A stretch of 55,360 bases of DNA from Bacteroidales bacterium (lineage in GTDB: Bacteria > Bacteroidota > Bacteroidia > Bacteroidales > Muribaculaceae): NCBI GenBank assembly GCA_014800515.1, contig JAAVFY010000007.1, forward strand, positions 48,174 to 103,533, read 5' to 3'. The translations under genes were made by a program, and so were the position numbers. Below are positions 1-9,319 of the stretch, in pieces (the first letter of the stretch is position 1; every line of letters starts with the position of its first letter). The notes under the pieces were generated by a model. That model ran no database searches. It was given only the letters and a program-made list of their open reading frames with translations, and was not told the DNA's origin.

Positions 1-2141
1 TATCAGAGATAACTCTCAATGAAGGTTTGGAAATAATTAGATCACACGCTTTCTATCAAAATAGGAATCTAACAAAAGTCAATTTTCCTTCAACCTTAAA
101 AAAACTATGTTATAATTCATTCAGGGATACCGGAATAAAAGAAGCAGATTTACAGTATGTTGAAGAAATAGAATCTGATGTCTTCAATAATACCAATATT
201 GAGACCGTCATCTTCTCTAATAATCTTAAGAAGCTTGGTAACGAAATATTTGATAATAACTTTATCAACGAATTAATTATCCCATCAAGCCTTGTAAATG
301 CTGGAAGCCGTGTATTTTACACACCATACCGCTATGACGAGAATTCCAATCGAGTTGGTATATCTAAAATTACTGTTGAAAACTCTCCTTATATAGATAA
401 TTGGAATGGCGATTTTTTAAGCGGCACCTATCCTAAAGAGGTTATTTGGAAACCCCTCTTCCCTACTAACTCTTCGTATTTTTGGGGTGAAGATTTAAAG
501 AATGCTATCGTGTATGTTCCCAATCTGACCTACAATGAATATCTTCTCAGTGATGCCTGGGTAAATGCCAAGGATATTCGTCCCATGGAGGAGGATCTGA
601 ATTATGTGTATCTTGATCGTGACTTCACTCTCCGTAGTGAAACCGGTCTGACTTCGGATGCCGTATTTGAAGTCGGTATGAATAACCACTATGACTCAAG
701 CAAATATGGTCATCTTACCGTAAAACGTAAGACCGATCTCCCGCTTAAATCCTTCTCCCTATCCGGACATACGGATTATAATAATTATTATGATTATGAG
801 TCTAATCGGGACATACGCTCCATGGGCTATTATGGTGCTACCGTCATTCCGGAGTCTACCGTAACGGCTGAAGAGTTCACACTCTCTTTCGCTCTTGACA
901 CCGAAAGATGGAACTTCATCTGTCTGCCTTTTGATGTCAAGGTCAGCGAAATTGAGGTGGAGGATGATGCTCTCTGGGTGGTTCGCCGCTATTCGGGTGA
1001 AGACCGTGCTTCTCTTTCCGGCAATACTTGGGTAAATATGCAGGATAATGAGATCCTCAAGGCCGGTGAAGGCTATATCTTCCACTGCTCGATGGATAAT
1101 CGTCAGGAGGTGCAGTTCACATTCCGTCCCGCTGATGACAACAGCGGCCTCTTCAACGCCGACGACACCAATATCAGCCTTAAGAGCTACCCCTCCGAGT
1201 TCGCTCATAATGCCCATTGGAATCTCACCGGTAATTCTTATCCCGCTTATCTTTCTCTGCGTGCGCTTGACTTTGACGCTCCCGTGACAGTATGGGACGG
1301 CAACACCTACAATGCCTATTCTCCCGTGGATGATGAATATGCCTTCGCTCCCTTCCAGGCATTCTTCGTTCAGCTCCAGGAGACTGACGGCGGCGACGTG
1401 CTCCGTCTCGACAGACGTGGACGCGCTCACTCGGAGAATGATGCCAAAGCTATCGAGATAACCGATGACACCACAGACCCGGCGTTGATGCCCGCCCGAA
1501 AGGCCCGCCGTGAGGAAACCCGTGCTCTTTTCAATATCTCGCTTAGCGGTGAGAATATGTCAGACCGCACACGTCTCGTCATCAACGAGGCCGCTTCGGA
1601 AGCTTACGAATCCAGCCGTGATGCCTCTAAATTCATGACTTCTGAAAGCGCGATGCCTCAGATCTTCGTGATGAATGGCAATGCCCGTATGGCAATCGAC
1701 GAACGTCCTTACGGAGAAGGCGTCTACACCTTAGGTGTGCGTATCGGCAGAAGCGGTTCTTACAGCATCGCTATCGACGGCCGCGACATCGAGGGTTATG
1801 TAGCTATCCTCACAGATAACACCACCGGCATATCTGCCGATATCACTTCCGTGCCCTACGCCTTCACAGCTCAGGCCGGCGAAGATGAAAGCAGATTCAC
1901 ACTCGAGCTCCGCAGATCGGTCGAGACCGGTGTGGAAGAAACCATCGCAGCTTCCACCGTCATCACCACCGAAGCCGGCACACTCTTCGTGAAGGCTCCT
2001 GCCGAGGTGGTAATCAGCGTCACAGCTGCCGACGGTGTGATCATGGCATCCACCAGAAGCAAGGACTTCAGTATTGAACTCCCCACCGGAGTATACGTGG
2101 TGAAGGCCGGCGAGACAATAAAGAAAATCAATATCCGTTGA
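1..2141 (+). CDS. BspA-type leucine-rich-repeat surface protein with T9SS-type C-terminal tail (5' truncated by window edge)
   Basis: Frame is open from base 3 (SEITLNEGLEIIRSHAF...). BspA/LRR_5-like repeats (FPSTLKKL, FSNNLKKLGNEIF, IPSSLVNAG). Tail LPTGVYVVKAGETIKKINIR resembles a T9SS CTD. Confidence 0.8.
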   Translation, partial: SEITLNEGLEIIRSHAFYQNRNLTKVNFPSTLKKLCYNSFRDTGIKEADLQYVEEIESDVFNNTNIETVIFSNNLKKLGNEIFDNNFINELIIPSSLVNAGSRVFYTPYRYDENSNRVGISKITVENSPYIDNWNGDFLSGTYPKEVIWKPLFPTNSSYFWGEDLKNAIVYVPNLTYNEYLLSDAWVNAKDIRPMEEDLNYVYLDRDFTLRSETGLTSDAVFEVGMNNHYDSSKYGHLTVKRKTDLPLKSFSLSGHTDYNNYYDYESNRDIRSMGYYGATVIPESTVTAEEFTLSFALDTERWNFICLPFDVKVSEIEVEDDALWVVRRYSGEDRASLSGNTWVNMQDNEILKAGEGYIFHCSMDNRQEVQFTFRPADDNSGLFNADDTNISLKSYPSEFAHNAHWNLTGNSYPAYLSLRALDFDAPVTVWDGNTYNAYSPVDDEYAFAPFQAFFVQLQETDGGDVLRLDRRGRAHSENDAKAIEITDDTTDPALMPARKARREETRALFNISLSGENMSDRTRLVINEAASEAYESSRDASKFMTSESAMPQIFVMNGNARMAIDERPYGEGVYTLGVRIGRSGSYSIAIDGRDIEGYVAILTDNTTGISADITSVPYAFTAQAGEDESRFTLELRRSVETGVEETIAASTVITTEAGTLFVKAPAEVVISVTAADGVIMASTRSKDFSIELPTGVYVVKAGETIKKINIR

Positions 2142-2185
2142 GCCGCCGGTCAGTATCGCTGATCAGCTAAGATTTGCTTACAGAA

Positions 2186-5100
2186 ATGAAAAAATTAATA
2201 TTAATACTGCTGGCCGTCGTGTCGATCACGTGTGCATGGGCCTTGAGCGGAGGAAGCGGACAGGGCTACGACCCTTCCAATCCTCCCGATCCCAATGCCG
2301 CTTACCGACTGACCATCGGAGCCGCCCCCTCCCGCCTGGGAGGGGTCAGCCCCGCCGGGTCGTCCATGCGTAATTTCGGAGAGGGTATCCATATCTCCGC
2401 TTCGAGCCATGTGGGCTATGACTTCCGCTGCTGGATGGAAGGCGACGAAGTGGTGAGTACGGAGATGAGTTTCTACTATGAAATGCCAGCCCGCAACGTG
2501 ACTCTCACCGCATGGTATGACCGCAACGATCATTATGACCCTGCAAACCCCGGAGACCCCTTCTTCGACGGCTACACCCATCGTGTAAATATTTATTGCA
2601 CCCCCTCTTCGGGTGGCAATGTCTATAACTCCAACTTCCTCATGAAGGAGGGGGAGGTGACCACCGTGTATGCTTATCCCTCACAGAACTATAAATTCTC
2701 CTGCTGGAAGGAGAACGGACGTATCATATCTGTGAATCCGGAAATGGAGATCAAAATGGGCGACAGGAACCTCTCCTACACCGCTCAGTTTGTCTATAAT
2801 CCCCGGAATCCCGGTGATCCTGGCACCAATAACTGGAATCCGGCCACCGGCGATCTGGTGATCGATGATTTTGAGAAAGGAAATCTCTGGAGCCGGATAA
2901 GCGAGCTTGTGGGAGATAACTACGAGGCTGTGAACACACTCACCGTTATCGGCGCGATAGATGATTACGACATGAACTGTGTGCGCAATCTCTCCAATCT
3001 CACCGATGCCGATTTCAGCCGCACTTATGGAGCCGAGAGCCTAAGATGGTATGCCTTCTCCGAGCTTAAAGCTCTGACACGCGTGCTTCTTCCGGCTTCT
3101 CTGACCCGTATAGAGTATGGAGCCTTCAGCGGATGTGAGAATCTCAGTGAACTCTCATGCTATGCCTCGATGCCCCCGACTGTGGATTATAATTCGTTTG
3201 AAGGGGTGCCGCAGACCATGATTGTGAAAGTGTTTTCATCTTCACTCGAACTCTATGAGAGCAGCGAGATATGGAAGGATTATAAGATTCTCACTCTCGA
3301 TGACGAGACCACCGCGCTCAGCGTGAATCTGCCGGCTTCCAAGAGCTATGAGAACGCTTCGCTGCAGCTCGCGAATCTCGCCACCGGAGAGACACGCCGA
3401 CTGGTGGTGACTCCCAATCGCACCCGATATATCTTCGGCAATCTTATTGCCGGCGACAAGTATTCGCTCTATGTCATGGCTCCAGGCGGAAAGTGCGTGG
3501 GTCAGTATGCCGACTTCGAGATTGCGGCCTCAGGAATGGAATATACCTTTGAACAGCTCGAGCCGCTTCGTGAGGCTACTATCCGTCTGATCGACAATGA
3601 GGACGGACGCGACATTACGGAGCAGGTGCAAGTGAACTGGTTTAACGATAAGAATTCATTCCTTGCCTCCGGCGCTTCTCTCGGCGGTCTGATTGCCGGA
3701 CAGTCAGTGAGCTACGAGATTATCCCCTCGTCGGAGTTCCGTCTCGGATATATCCAGCCTGTTCTCACCGGAAGTTACGATGTGACTGGCGGAGACAACA
3801 CCATCAGCATCAAGGTGATGCCCGTTGAGACGACAACAATCACCGGATATGTGTATGACGAAATCGAGAAGGAAAGACTCGTAGGAGCTTTCATCATCTT
3901 GGAGCAGGATATAAATGGAGAGATTATGACAAGAACCGTACGCGCCCGCGAAGAGGGTGTATTCTCCATTGAAGCTGTCAAGGGCTTCCCCGGATCGCTC
4001 ACTGCCGGATATGTCGACATGATCGAGAAAGTCATTCCTTTCGAGAATCCTCTCCAGTGCAATAACTCGGTCATAGGACTCAACAGCATAATCTTTGGCG
4101 CGCGGATTCATCTCGAGATGCTCACGGCAAAGAATGTATATCGTGGAGAGAATCATGTCTTCGAGAGCTATGACGATTATTCCAACATAGGGTTTGCCAT
4201 CACCGATCTCCAGACATTAAATGAGCCCGACTATCGCGTGCGCAATTCTTATCTGAATCTGCTCGGTGTCGAGCCGGAAGGTCAGGACGCCCGCATTGTC
4301 GCTACTTCCCGTGATAATTCTCTCAATCCGGTCACTGTGACCGTCAATGGACTTGACATGATGAATGAAGCTGTGTTCCGCTTCCTGCATGACGGCGATC
4401 TGGAACTTCATTTCGAAGGAGTTGAGACCGACTCTCCGGTGGCTATTCTCTACGATGCCAAAGGGTCGCTGGTGGGTCGCACGGAAATATCAGCCGATGG
4501 AAAAGCTGTCTTCACATCACTCCCGGCCGGCGATTACACCGCTGTGGCCATGAAGGACGCCACGGTGTTTGCCTCTGCCGCCACCCTCTCCGAGCTTGAA
4601 AACAGCCGTCTGTCGGAGGGTGTGGATTATATCAAGGCCTCGACTCAGGTTGAAGATGGCTATATCTCCGTGGTTGATATGCAGACTGTGCCTGACTTTG
4701 ATGAAAGCCGCTTCTGCTACACCGGACCGTCGACGATGCTTGCTCTCAACAAGAGTTCTGTGACGGCAGGCCAGATTGTCACCGTGCGCTCGCTGGTGGA
4801 AATCCTTCCGGAGTATGCCACATCGGCCGACAGACTGACACTGACCTTCACTCTCCCCGAGGGGGTGGAATATGTAGCCAACTCCCTGCTCGTTCCCGAG
4901 CGCGGCACAGTGCCTGCCACTATCGAGGACGGTAAGCTTATTGTCGAGACTTCACTGACAGAGGCTTCTCCCCGTTTTTGTGTCAAAGGACTCAAGAGCG
5001 GCGAATGGCGTATCGGCGGCAGTGTGGAGTTTATGTATGAAGGCGACAGAGTGTCGCAACCCATAGGTTCGCAGTTGCTCACAGTGGCCGACTTCACCCT

Positions 5101-7159
5101 GTCGGCTCCCGACTATACTTATATTCCGCGCATCACGGTGCGCGGCTACGCGACTCCGCTCAGCGAAGTGAAGGTGTATGACAACGACATCCCGGTAGGA
5201 CGTGCCCGTTCGCTGACCAACGGAGAGTGGCGTCTGACATTCGACCTCACGGATCCCGGCACCGGAAGCGAGCATAGGATCATGGCAGACATCACCGCCT
5301 CCGACGGCACGAAATATAAGACTGCCACCGTCCGCACGGTGTATGACCCGGAGTGGGCTCAGCTCACCGATGTACTGATGATCAACGGCGGTACGACCGT
5401 GGATTTCAATCTTGTGGATGCCACAAGCGCGCCCTCCTCCTATACCTACTGGCCCGGTACGGATATGTTCACCTTCAAGGCGATCTTCCGCGATGGTGCG
5501 GCCACTAAGGTGAAGAGTCTTGACTTCCTTATCTATCTCTCCGATGGCTCGGTGAGACGCATGGACTCCAAATATCTGCCCTCGCAGGATGCGTGGGTAT
5601 GCGCCGTGGGGTTCAATGACATCAACCGTCTGCCGGTCAATGTAAAAGTGATTTACTCCACGGATGAGACAGTGGAAGCCTCTACACTTCCGGCCGGAAG
5701 CTCCTCTTCCCTGCGTTGTCCGGATGTGACGCCCGTCATAGACCCTTCGGGCTACGTCTACGAAGCCGTCCCCTCCAACCGACTTGAAGGTGTGCAGGCC
5801 ACTATCTTCTATAAGGAGTGGGCCGAGGATATGTATGGCGATGTGTATGAGAAGGTGATACGCTGGGATGCCGAGGCATACGCTCAGCAGAATCCCCTTT
5901 TCACGGACAGCAACGGTATGTATCAGTGGGACGTGCCATCCGGCGAATGGCAGGTACGTTTTGAGAAAGAAGGTTATGAGGCTGCCGCCACCGAGTGGTT
6001 GCCTGTGCCTCCGCCGCAGCTTGACGTGAATGTAGGATTGATTCAGTTTACGGCTCCTGCGGTTCAGGAAGTGAAGGCTTACGAGCAGGCTGTGGAAGTC
6101 ACTTTCGACAAGTATATGGATCCGGCTCGATTCACGGAGAGCAACGTCGCCGTGACAGCCGGAGGCAAGCTTGTGGAAGGAAAGGTGATAGCTGTAGACC
6201 CTGAGGCCACTCCCGAAGGATACTCATATACGAGAGTGCTCCGTTTTGAGGCTGACGCTCCCTTTGAGGCTGACGCTGTCAACGTGACACTCGCCTCCAG
6301 AATTTGCAGCTATGCCGGAGTGTCGCTCGAGAGTGAGTTCACTCAGGAGTTTGACATCGAGCCCGAAATATCCGCCATCGAGATTCCGGCGGAAGCAGAG
6401 GGATATGTCGGCATGGATATCACCCTCCCCGTCAATATCCTGCCCGGAGAGGCAGCTGCCGGAAGACGCCTGGTTGTGGAGCTGGATTCTCCGATAGCAG
6501 TCGTGGACGGTGAGGCTGTGACGGATTCCGAAGGCAACGCTACAGTCACCATACGCGGCGAACTGCCTGGAGCAATTAAAGTTCTTATCGGTGTGGAAGG
6601 TTCGAAAGCGGCGAAGGCCGAGAGTGTCATCACATTCTCGCTTCCCCCTGATCCGTGTGCGGCACCCGAGTCCTCGCTCTCCACTGATGAGCTTCTTACC
6701 CCCGACTTAGATATAGAGCTTTCCACCGCCACCCCCGGAGCCGTGATACTCTATACTCTTGACGGCACAGATCCGGCTGAGAGTGAGACAGCGATGGAGT
6801 ATGAATCTCCTATCCGCTGGCTTGACTACGCCGACACTTCCGATCTGCACATTCGTGCTATCGCCAGAGCCGATGGGATGCTTGACTCTCCGGAGTCGGA
6901 GTTTGTCTACAAGAAGGATATATCACTCGGCATCGATCCGATAGCTGACGCAGAGTCTCTTGTCACCCTTGGCCAGGGAAATATCACCCTGAAGGGCGAT
7001 TGCACCGTAAGCATCTGCGACGCCGAAGGAAGGGTATATCTCTCAAACCGCGCAATGGGCACCGGTGATGTGATCGACCTCACACGCTTCAGCCACGGCA
7101 TCTATATCGTGACACTCGGCACCCCTGAATCAACGCATTCACTGCGAATCCGCAACTGA
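2186..7159 (+). CDS. Large multidomain surface protein (InlB-B-like repeats, LRR_5, Ig/carboxypeptidase-regulatory-like, Fn3-associated, T9SS tail)
   Basis: ATG at 2186 gives signal peptide MKKLILILLAVVSITCAWA. Three YxPxNPxDP motifs; LRR LLPASLTRIEYGAFSGCENL; ILYTLDGTDP motif; tail GIYIV...LRIRN. Confidence 0.8.
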   Translation: MKKLILILLAVVSITCAWALSGGSGQGYDPSNPPDPNAAYRLTIGAAPSRLGGVSPAGSSMRNFGEGIHISASSHVGYDFRCWMEGDEVVSTEMSFYYEMPARNVTLTAWYDRNDHYDPANPGDPFFDGYTHRVNIYCTPSSGGNVYNSNFLMKEGEVTTVYAYPSQNYKFSCWKENGRIISVNPEMEIKMGDRNLSYTAQFVYNPRNPGDPGTNNWNPATGDLVIDDFEKGNLWSRISELVGDNYEAVNTLTVIGAIDDYDMNCVRNLSNLTDADFSRTYGAESLRWYAFSELKALTRVLLPASLTRIEYGAFSGCENLSELSCYASMPPTVDYNSFEGVPQTMIVKVFSSSLELYESSEIWKDYKILTLDDETTALSVNLPASKSYENASLQLANLATGETRRLVVTPNRTRYIFGNLIAGDKYSLYVMAPGGKCVGQYADFEIAASGMEYTFEQLEPLREATIRLIDNEDGRDITEQVQVNWFNDKNSFLASGASLGGLIAGQSVSYEIIPSSEFRLGYIQPVLTGSYDVTGGDNTISIKVMPVETTTITGYVYDEIEKERLVGAFIILEQDINGEIMTRTVRAREEGVFSIEAVKGFPGSLTAGYVDMIEKVIPFENPLQCNNSVIGLNSIIFGARIHLEMLTAKNVYRGENHVFESYDDYSNIGFAITDLQTLNEPDYRVRNSYLNLLGVEPEGQDARIVATSRDNSLNPVTVTVNGLDMMNEAVFRFLHDGDLELHFEGVETDSPVAILYDAKGSLVGRTEISADGKAVFTSLPAGDYTAVAMKDATVFASAATLSELENSRLSEGVDYIKASTQVEDGYISVVDMQTVPDFDESRFCYTGPSTMLALNKSSVTAGQIVTVRSLVEILPEYATSADRLTLTFTLPEGVEYVANSLLVPERGTVPATIEDGKLIVETSLTEASPRFCVKGLKSGEWRIGGSVEFMYEGDRVSQPIGSQLLTVADFTLSAPDYTYIPRITVRGYATPLSEVKVYDNDIPVGRARSLTNGEWRLTFDLTDPGTGSEHRIMADITASDGTKYKTATVRTVYDPEWAQLTDVLMINGGTTVDFNLVDATSAPSSYTYWPGTDMFTFKAIFRDGAATKVKSLDFLIYLSDGSVRRMDSKYLPSQDAWVCAVGFNDINRLPVNVKVIYSTDETVEASTLPAGSSSSLRCPDVTPVIDPSGYVYEAVPSNRLEGVQATIFYKEWAEDMYGDVYEKVIRWDAEAYAQQNPLFTDSNGMYQWDVPSGEWQVRFEKEGYEAAATEWLPVPPPQLDVNVGLIQFTAPAVQEVKAYEQAVEVTFDKYMDPARFTESNVAVTAGGKLVEGKVIAVDPEATPEGYSYTRVLRFEADAPFEADAVNVTLASRICSYAGVSLESEFTQEFDIEPEISAIEIPAEAEGYVGMDITLPVNILPGEAAAGRRLVVELDSPIAVVDGEAVTDSEGNATVTIRGELPGAIKVLIGVEGSKAAKAESVITFSLPPDPCAAPESSLSTDELLTPDLDIELSTATPGAVILYTLDGTDPAESETAMEYESPIRWLDYADTSDLHIRAIARADGMLDSPESEFVYKKDISLGIDPIADAESLVTLGQGNITLKGDCTVSICDAEGRVYLSNRAMGTGDVIDLTRFSHGIYIVTLGTPESTHSLRIRN

Positions 7160-7183
7160 CAAGAGGGAAGCTGACCTCAACTA

Positions 7184-7227
7184 AAGCAGGAGATAAACGC
7201 CATTATCGCGGTGTTTATCTCCTGCTT
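7184..7227 (+). terminator. Hairpin downstream of LRR gene pair, probable terminator
   Basis: AAGCAGGAGATAAACGCC / GGTGTTTATCTCCTGCTT 18-bp stem with one G-U; weak U tract. Confidence 0.65.
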
Positions 7228-7285
7228 CATCATAGAAACCATTGACAAAACCGAATGGCGCGACCAAAAGGAATGAGGAAGAAGA

Positions 7286-7317
7286 TTTGGTGGTGTAAAA
7301 AAAATTTTGTAATTTTG
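7286..7317 (+). promoter_or_regulatory. Bacteroidota primary-sigma promoter of rplU-rpmA
   Basis: TTTG (7286-7289), 20-nt spacer, TAATTTTG (7310-7317) match the -33/-7 consensus. Confidence 0.8.
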
Positions 7318-7402
7318 TCGCGCTAATTCCGGCAAGGCAGAATGAAGAGCTAACCGAGAAACGGGAGCCGCCTTACGGATCGAATAATTTCCAATTTACA
7401 AA

Positions 7403-7726
7403 ATGTACGCAATTGTAGAAATTAAGGGACAGCAGTTCAAGGTCGAGGAAGGCAAGTTCGTGTATGTCCACCATCTCGGCGAGGAAGTGAAGGAAGGTCA
7501 GGAAGTGACTTTCGACAAGGTGCTTCTTCTCGATGCCGACGGCGACGTTAAGGTCGGTGCACCTGCCGTGGAAGGTGCAAAGGTAAAATGTGAGGTGCTC
7601 GAGCCCCTCGTAAAGGGTGAGAAAGTGATCGTCTTCAAGAAGAAGCGTCGCAAGGGCTATCGCCGTAAGAACGGCCACCGCCAGCAGTTCACTAAAGTTT
7701 TAGTCAAAAACATCGAAAAAGCTTAA
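7403..7726 (+). CDS. rplU: 50S ribosomal protein L21
   Basis: [14 protein letters not shown]...[20 protein letters not shown]. Confidence 0.98.
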   Translation: MYAIVEIKGQQFKVEEGKFVYVHHLGEEVKEGQEVTFDKVLLLDADGDVKVGAPAVEGAKVKCEVLEPLVKGEKVIVFKKKRRKGYRRKNGHRQQFTKVLVKNIEKA

Positions 7727-7732
7727 AGAGAT

Positions 7733-7996
7733 ATGGCACATAAAAAAGGTGTCGGCAGTTCGAAGAACGGCCGTGAATCAGAAAGCAAACGCCTCGGCGT
7801 GAAGATTTTCGGTGGCTCCACTTGCAAAGCCGGCAACATCATCAAGCGTCAGCGCGGCACACAGCATCACCCCGGTCTCAACGTGGGCATGGGTAAGGAC
7901 CACACTCTCTTCGCCCTTATCGACGGCGTGGTAGTTTTCACTACCGGCAAAGAGGGACGCAAGTTCATCAATGTTGAGCCCCACAAGGCTAATTGA
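7733..7996 (+). CDS. rpmA: 50S ribosomal protein L27
   Basis: [24 protein letters not shown]; follows rplU. Confidence 0.98.
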   Translation: MAHKKGVGSSKNGRESESKRLGVKIFGGSTCKAGNIIKRQRGTQHHPGLNVGMGKDHTLFALIDGVVVFTTGKEGRKFINVEPHKAN

Positions 7997-8030
7997 TAGT
8001 AAATTTCATCCTCTCCATCAGAATAAGATG

Positions 8031-8068
8031 AATAAAGAGCGAGACGCAATGCGTCTCGCTCTTTTTAT
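8031..8068 (+). terminator. Intrinsic terminator, probably bidirectional
   Basis: AAAGAGCGAGACGC-AAT-GCGTCTCGCTCTTTTT between convergent genes. Confidence 0.85.
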
Positions 8069-8132
8069 ATCTATTGCTATCTCCGATCCCTCTCCTACAT
8101 ATCCTGCCTTCTCCAAGCTTATGCCTGTTATT

Positions 8133-8146
8133 TAAGTAGCTACTTA
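8133..8146. repeat. Perfect palindrome TAAGTAGCTACTTA (fused ends or empty site of the TAAGTAGCT element family)
   Basis: Equals left end TAAGTAGCT plus right end AGCTACTTA sharing AGCT; intergenic. Confidence 0.55.
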
Positions 8147-8162
8147 CCGTATTCATAGAAAG

Positions 8163-8702
8163 TTAGTTTCCGACATGGAGGGAAAGCAGACGGATACTGA
8201 CATCAAAGGGGGTGGCTTGGCGCGAAGGAGGGTTGCTCAGACGATAGAAGAAACTGTGCTGGGTGTCGAAGCTCTTCAAGTCGATCTTTCGGGTCTCGAG
8301 CGAGGGTATCTCTGTGGTGATTTTCTCCTTTCTGCGATGAAGCATACGTCCGGAAAGATCGGTGTAAGTGATCTCTATCGTGAAGTCCCTGATAGCTCTA
8401 TCACTCAAGTTTTTGACATGAAAACTCTCTACAGAGGTGTTCAACTGTTTGTCAAAACCAAGAAAGAGCACATTTGCCGTCCAATATAACGAATCGCTAC
8501 CGCTGACAATAATATTCCTTTTGTCCGGAATTCTCTTCTTCTTTATCTCCTTCTTGGAAGGATTTTTTATAGTTGTGGCCACCTTCCGCGGTTCGCTCCA
8601 TCCGGTAGCCGTCGTAACGGCTACTGACACCATCATAAAAGCGGCCATAGGAGCCCTCGGTATCGGCAACCACAATTTTATCTTCGGATTAATTTTAAAC
8701 AT
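8163..8702 (-). CDS. Hypothetical exported protein (Ig-like C-terminal region)
   Basis: 179-aa ORF with hydrophobic N-terminal segment, last gene of a tightly spaced minus-strand run. Confidence 0.7.
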   Translation of the reverse strand: MFKINPKIKLWLPIPRAPMAAFMMVSVAVTTATGWSEPRKVATTIKNPSKKEIKKKRIPDKRNIIVSGSDSLYWTANVLFLGFDKQLNTSVESFHVKNLSDRAIRDFTIEITYTDLSGRMLHRRKEKITTEIPSLETRKIDLKSFDTQHSFFYRLSNPPSRQATPFDVSIRLLSLHVGN

Positions 8703-8719
8703 CTCTTATTGCCCGGGGC

Positions 8720-9319
8720 TTATAAATATCTCACACGTTCTTCCCCTCCGGGGTGTCCGGAATGGGAGGGATATATACGGAGCATCGGAGGTTCCATATC
8801 TCGCAAAGGATCATCATGACGCAATTTCACTATTCTCCAGAGACTACGCATGAAGGGGAGCGTGCCGATCTTGACTGTCCATTTCTCCGCTTTCAGACGC
8901 ATTGAGGCTTCATCTGCTGACAGCTCGGCCAACAGACGCGCCGGACGCATCAGAGTAGAAGGGCCACGGCGTGTGAAGAGCTGCATCTCATATTTTCCGA
9001 CACTTCCGGCACTACTGAGCCAACCCACAGTGTCGCCGGGACATAGGCTTACATCCGGCGTATCAACCACAGTCACCATATATTTGCGGGGACCGTATTC
9101 CCCTCCCCTCTCCTCTTCAGCAAAGACGGCAACAATCATATTCTCGGAGGGGAGTCGCCATATTCCTTCCACCGGTTGCAGGGGACGGTTGTCACAAAGC
9201 TTCATAGCCTCCTCAAGATCCAGAGGAGACTCTCCGACAGTTGCAGACGAAACAGGGGAAATCGCCCCCAGGAGAGACAAGGAGAAGATGAGTGTAAGTC
9301 TCCGCAAAGAGGGATTCAT
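8720..9319 (-). CDS. Hypothetical exported protein
   Basis: Signal-peptide-like N-terminus; 4-bp overlap with the upstream gene. Confidence 0.75.
   Translation of the reverse strand: MNPSLRRLTLIFSLSLLGAISPVSSATVGESPLDLEEAMKLCDNRPLQPVEGIWRLPSENMIVAVFAEEERGGEYGPRKYMVTVVDTPDVSLCPGDTVGWLSSAGSVGKYEMQLFTRRGPSTLMRPARLLAELSADEASMRLKAEKWTVKIGTLPFMRSLWRIVKLRHDDPLRDMEPPMLRIYPSHSGHPGGEERVRYL

Noticed and set aside
1-7159. Diversity-generating retroelement or shufflon acting on the LRR genes
   Set aside because: No reverse transcriptase, invertase, template/variable repeat pair or flanking inversion sites visible.
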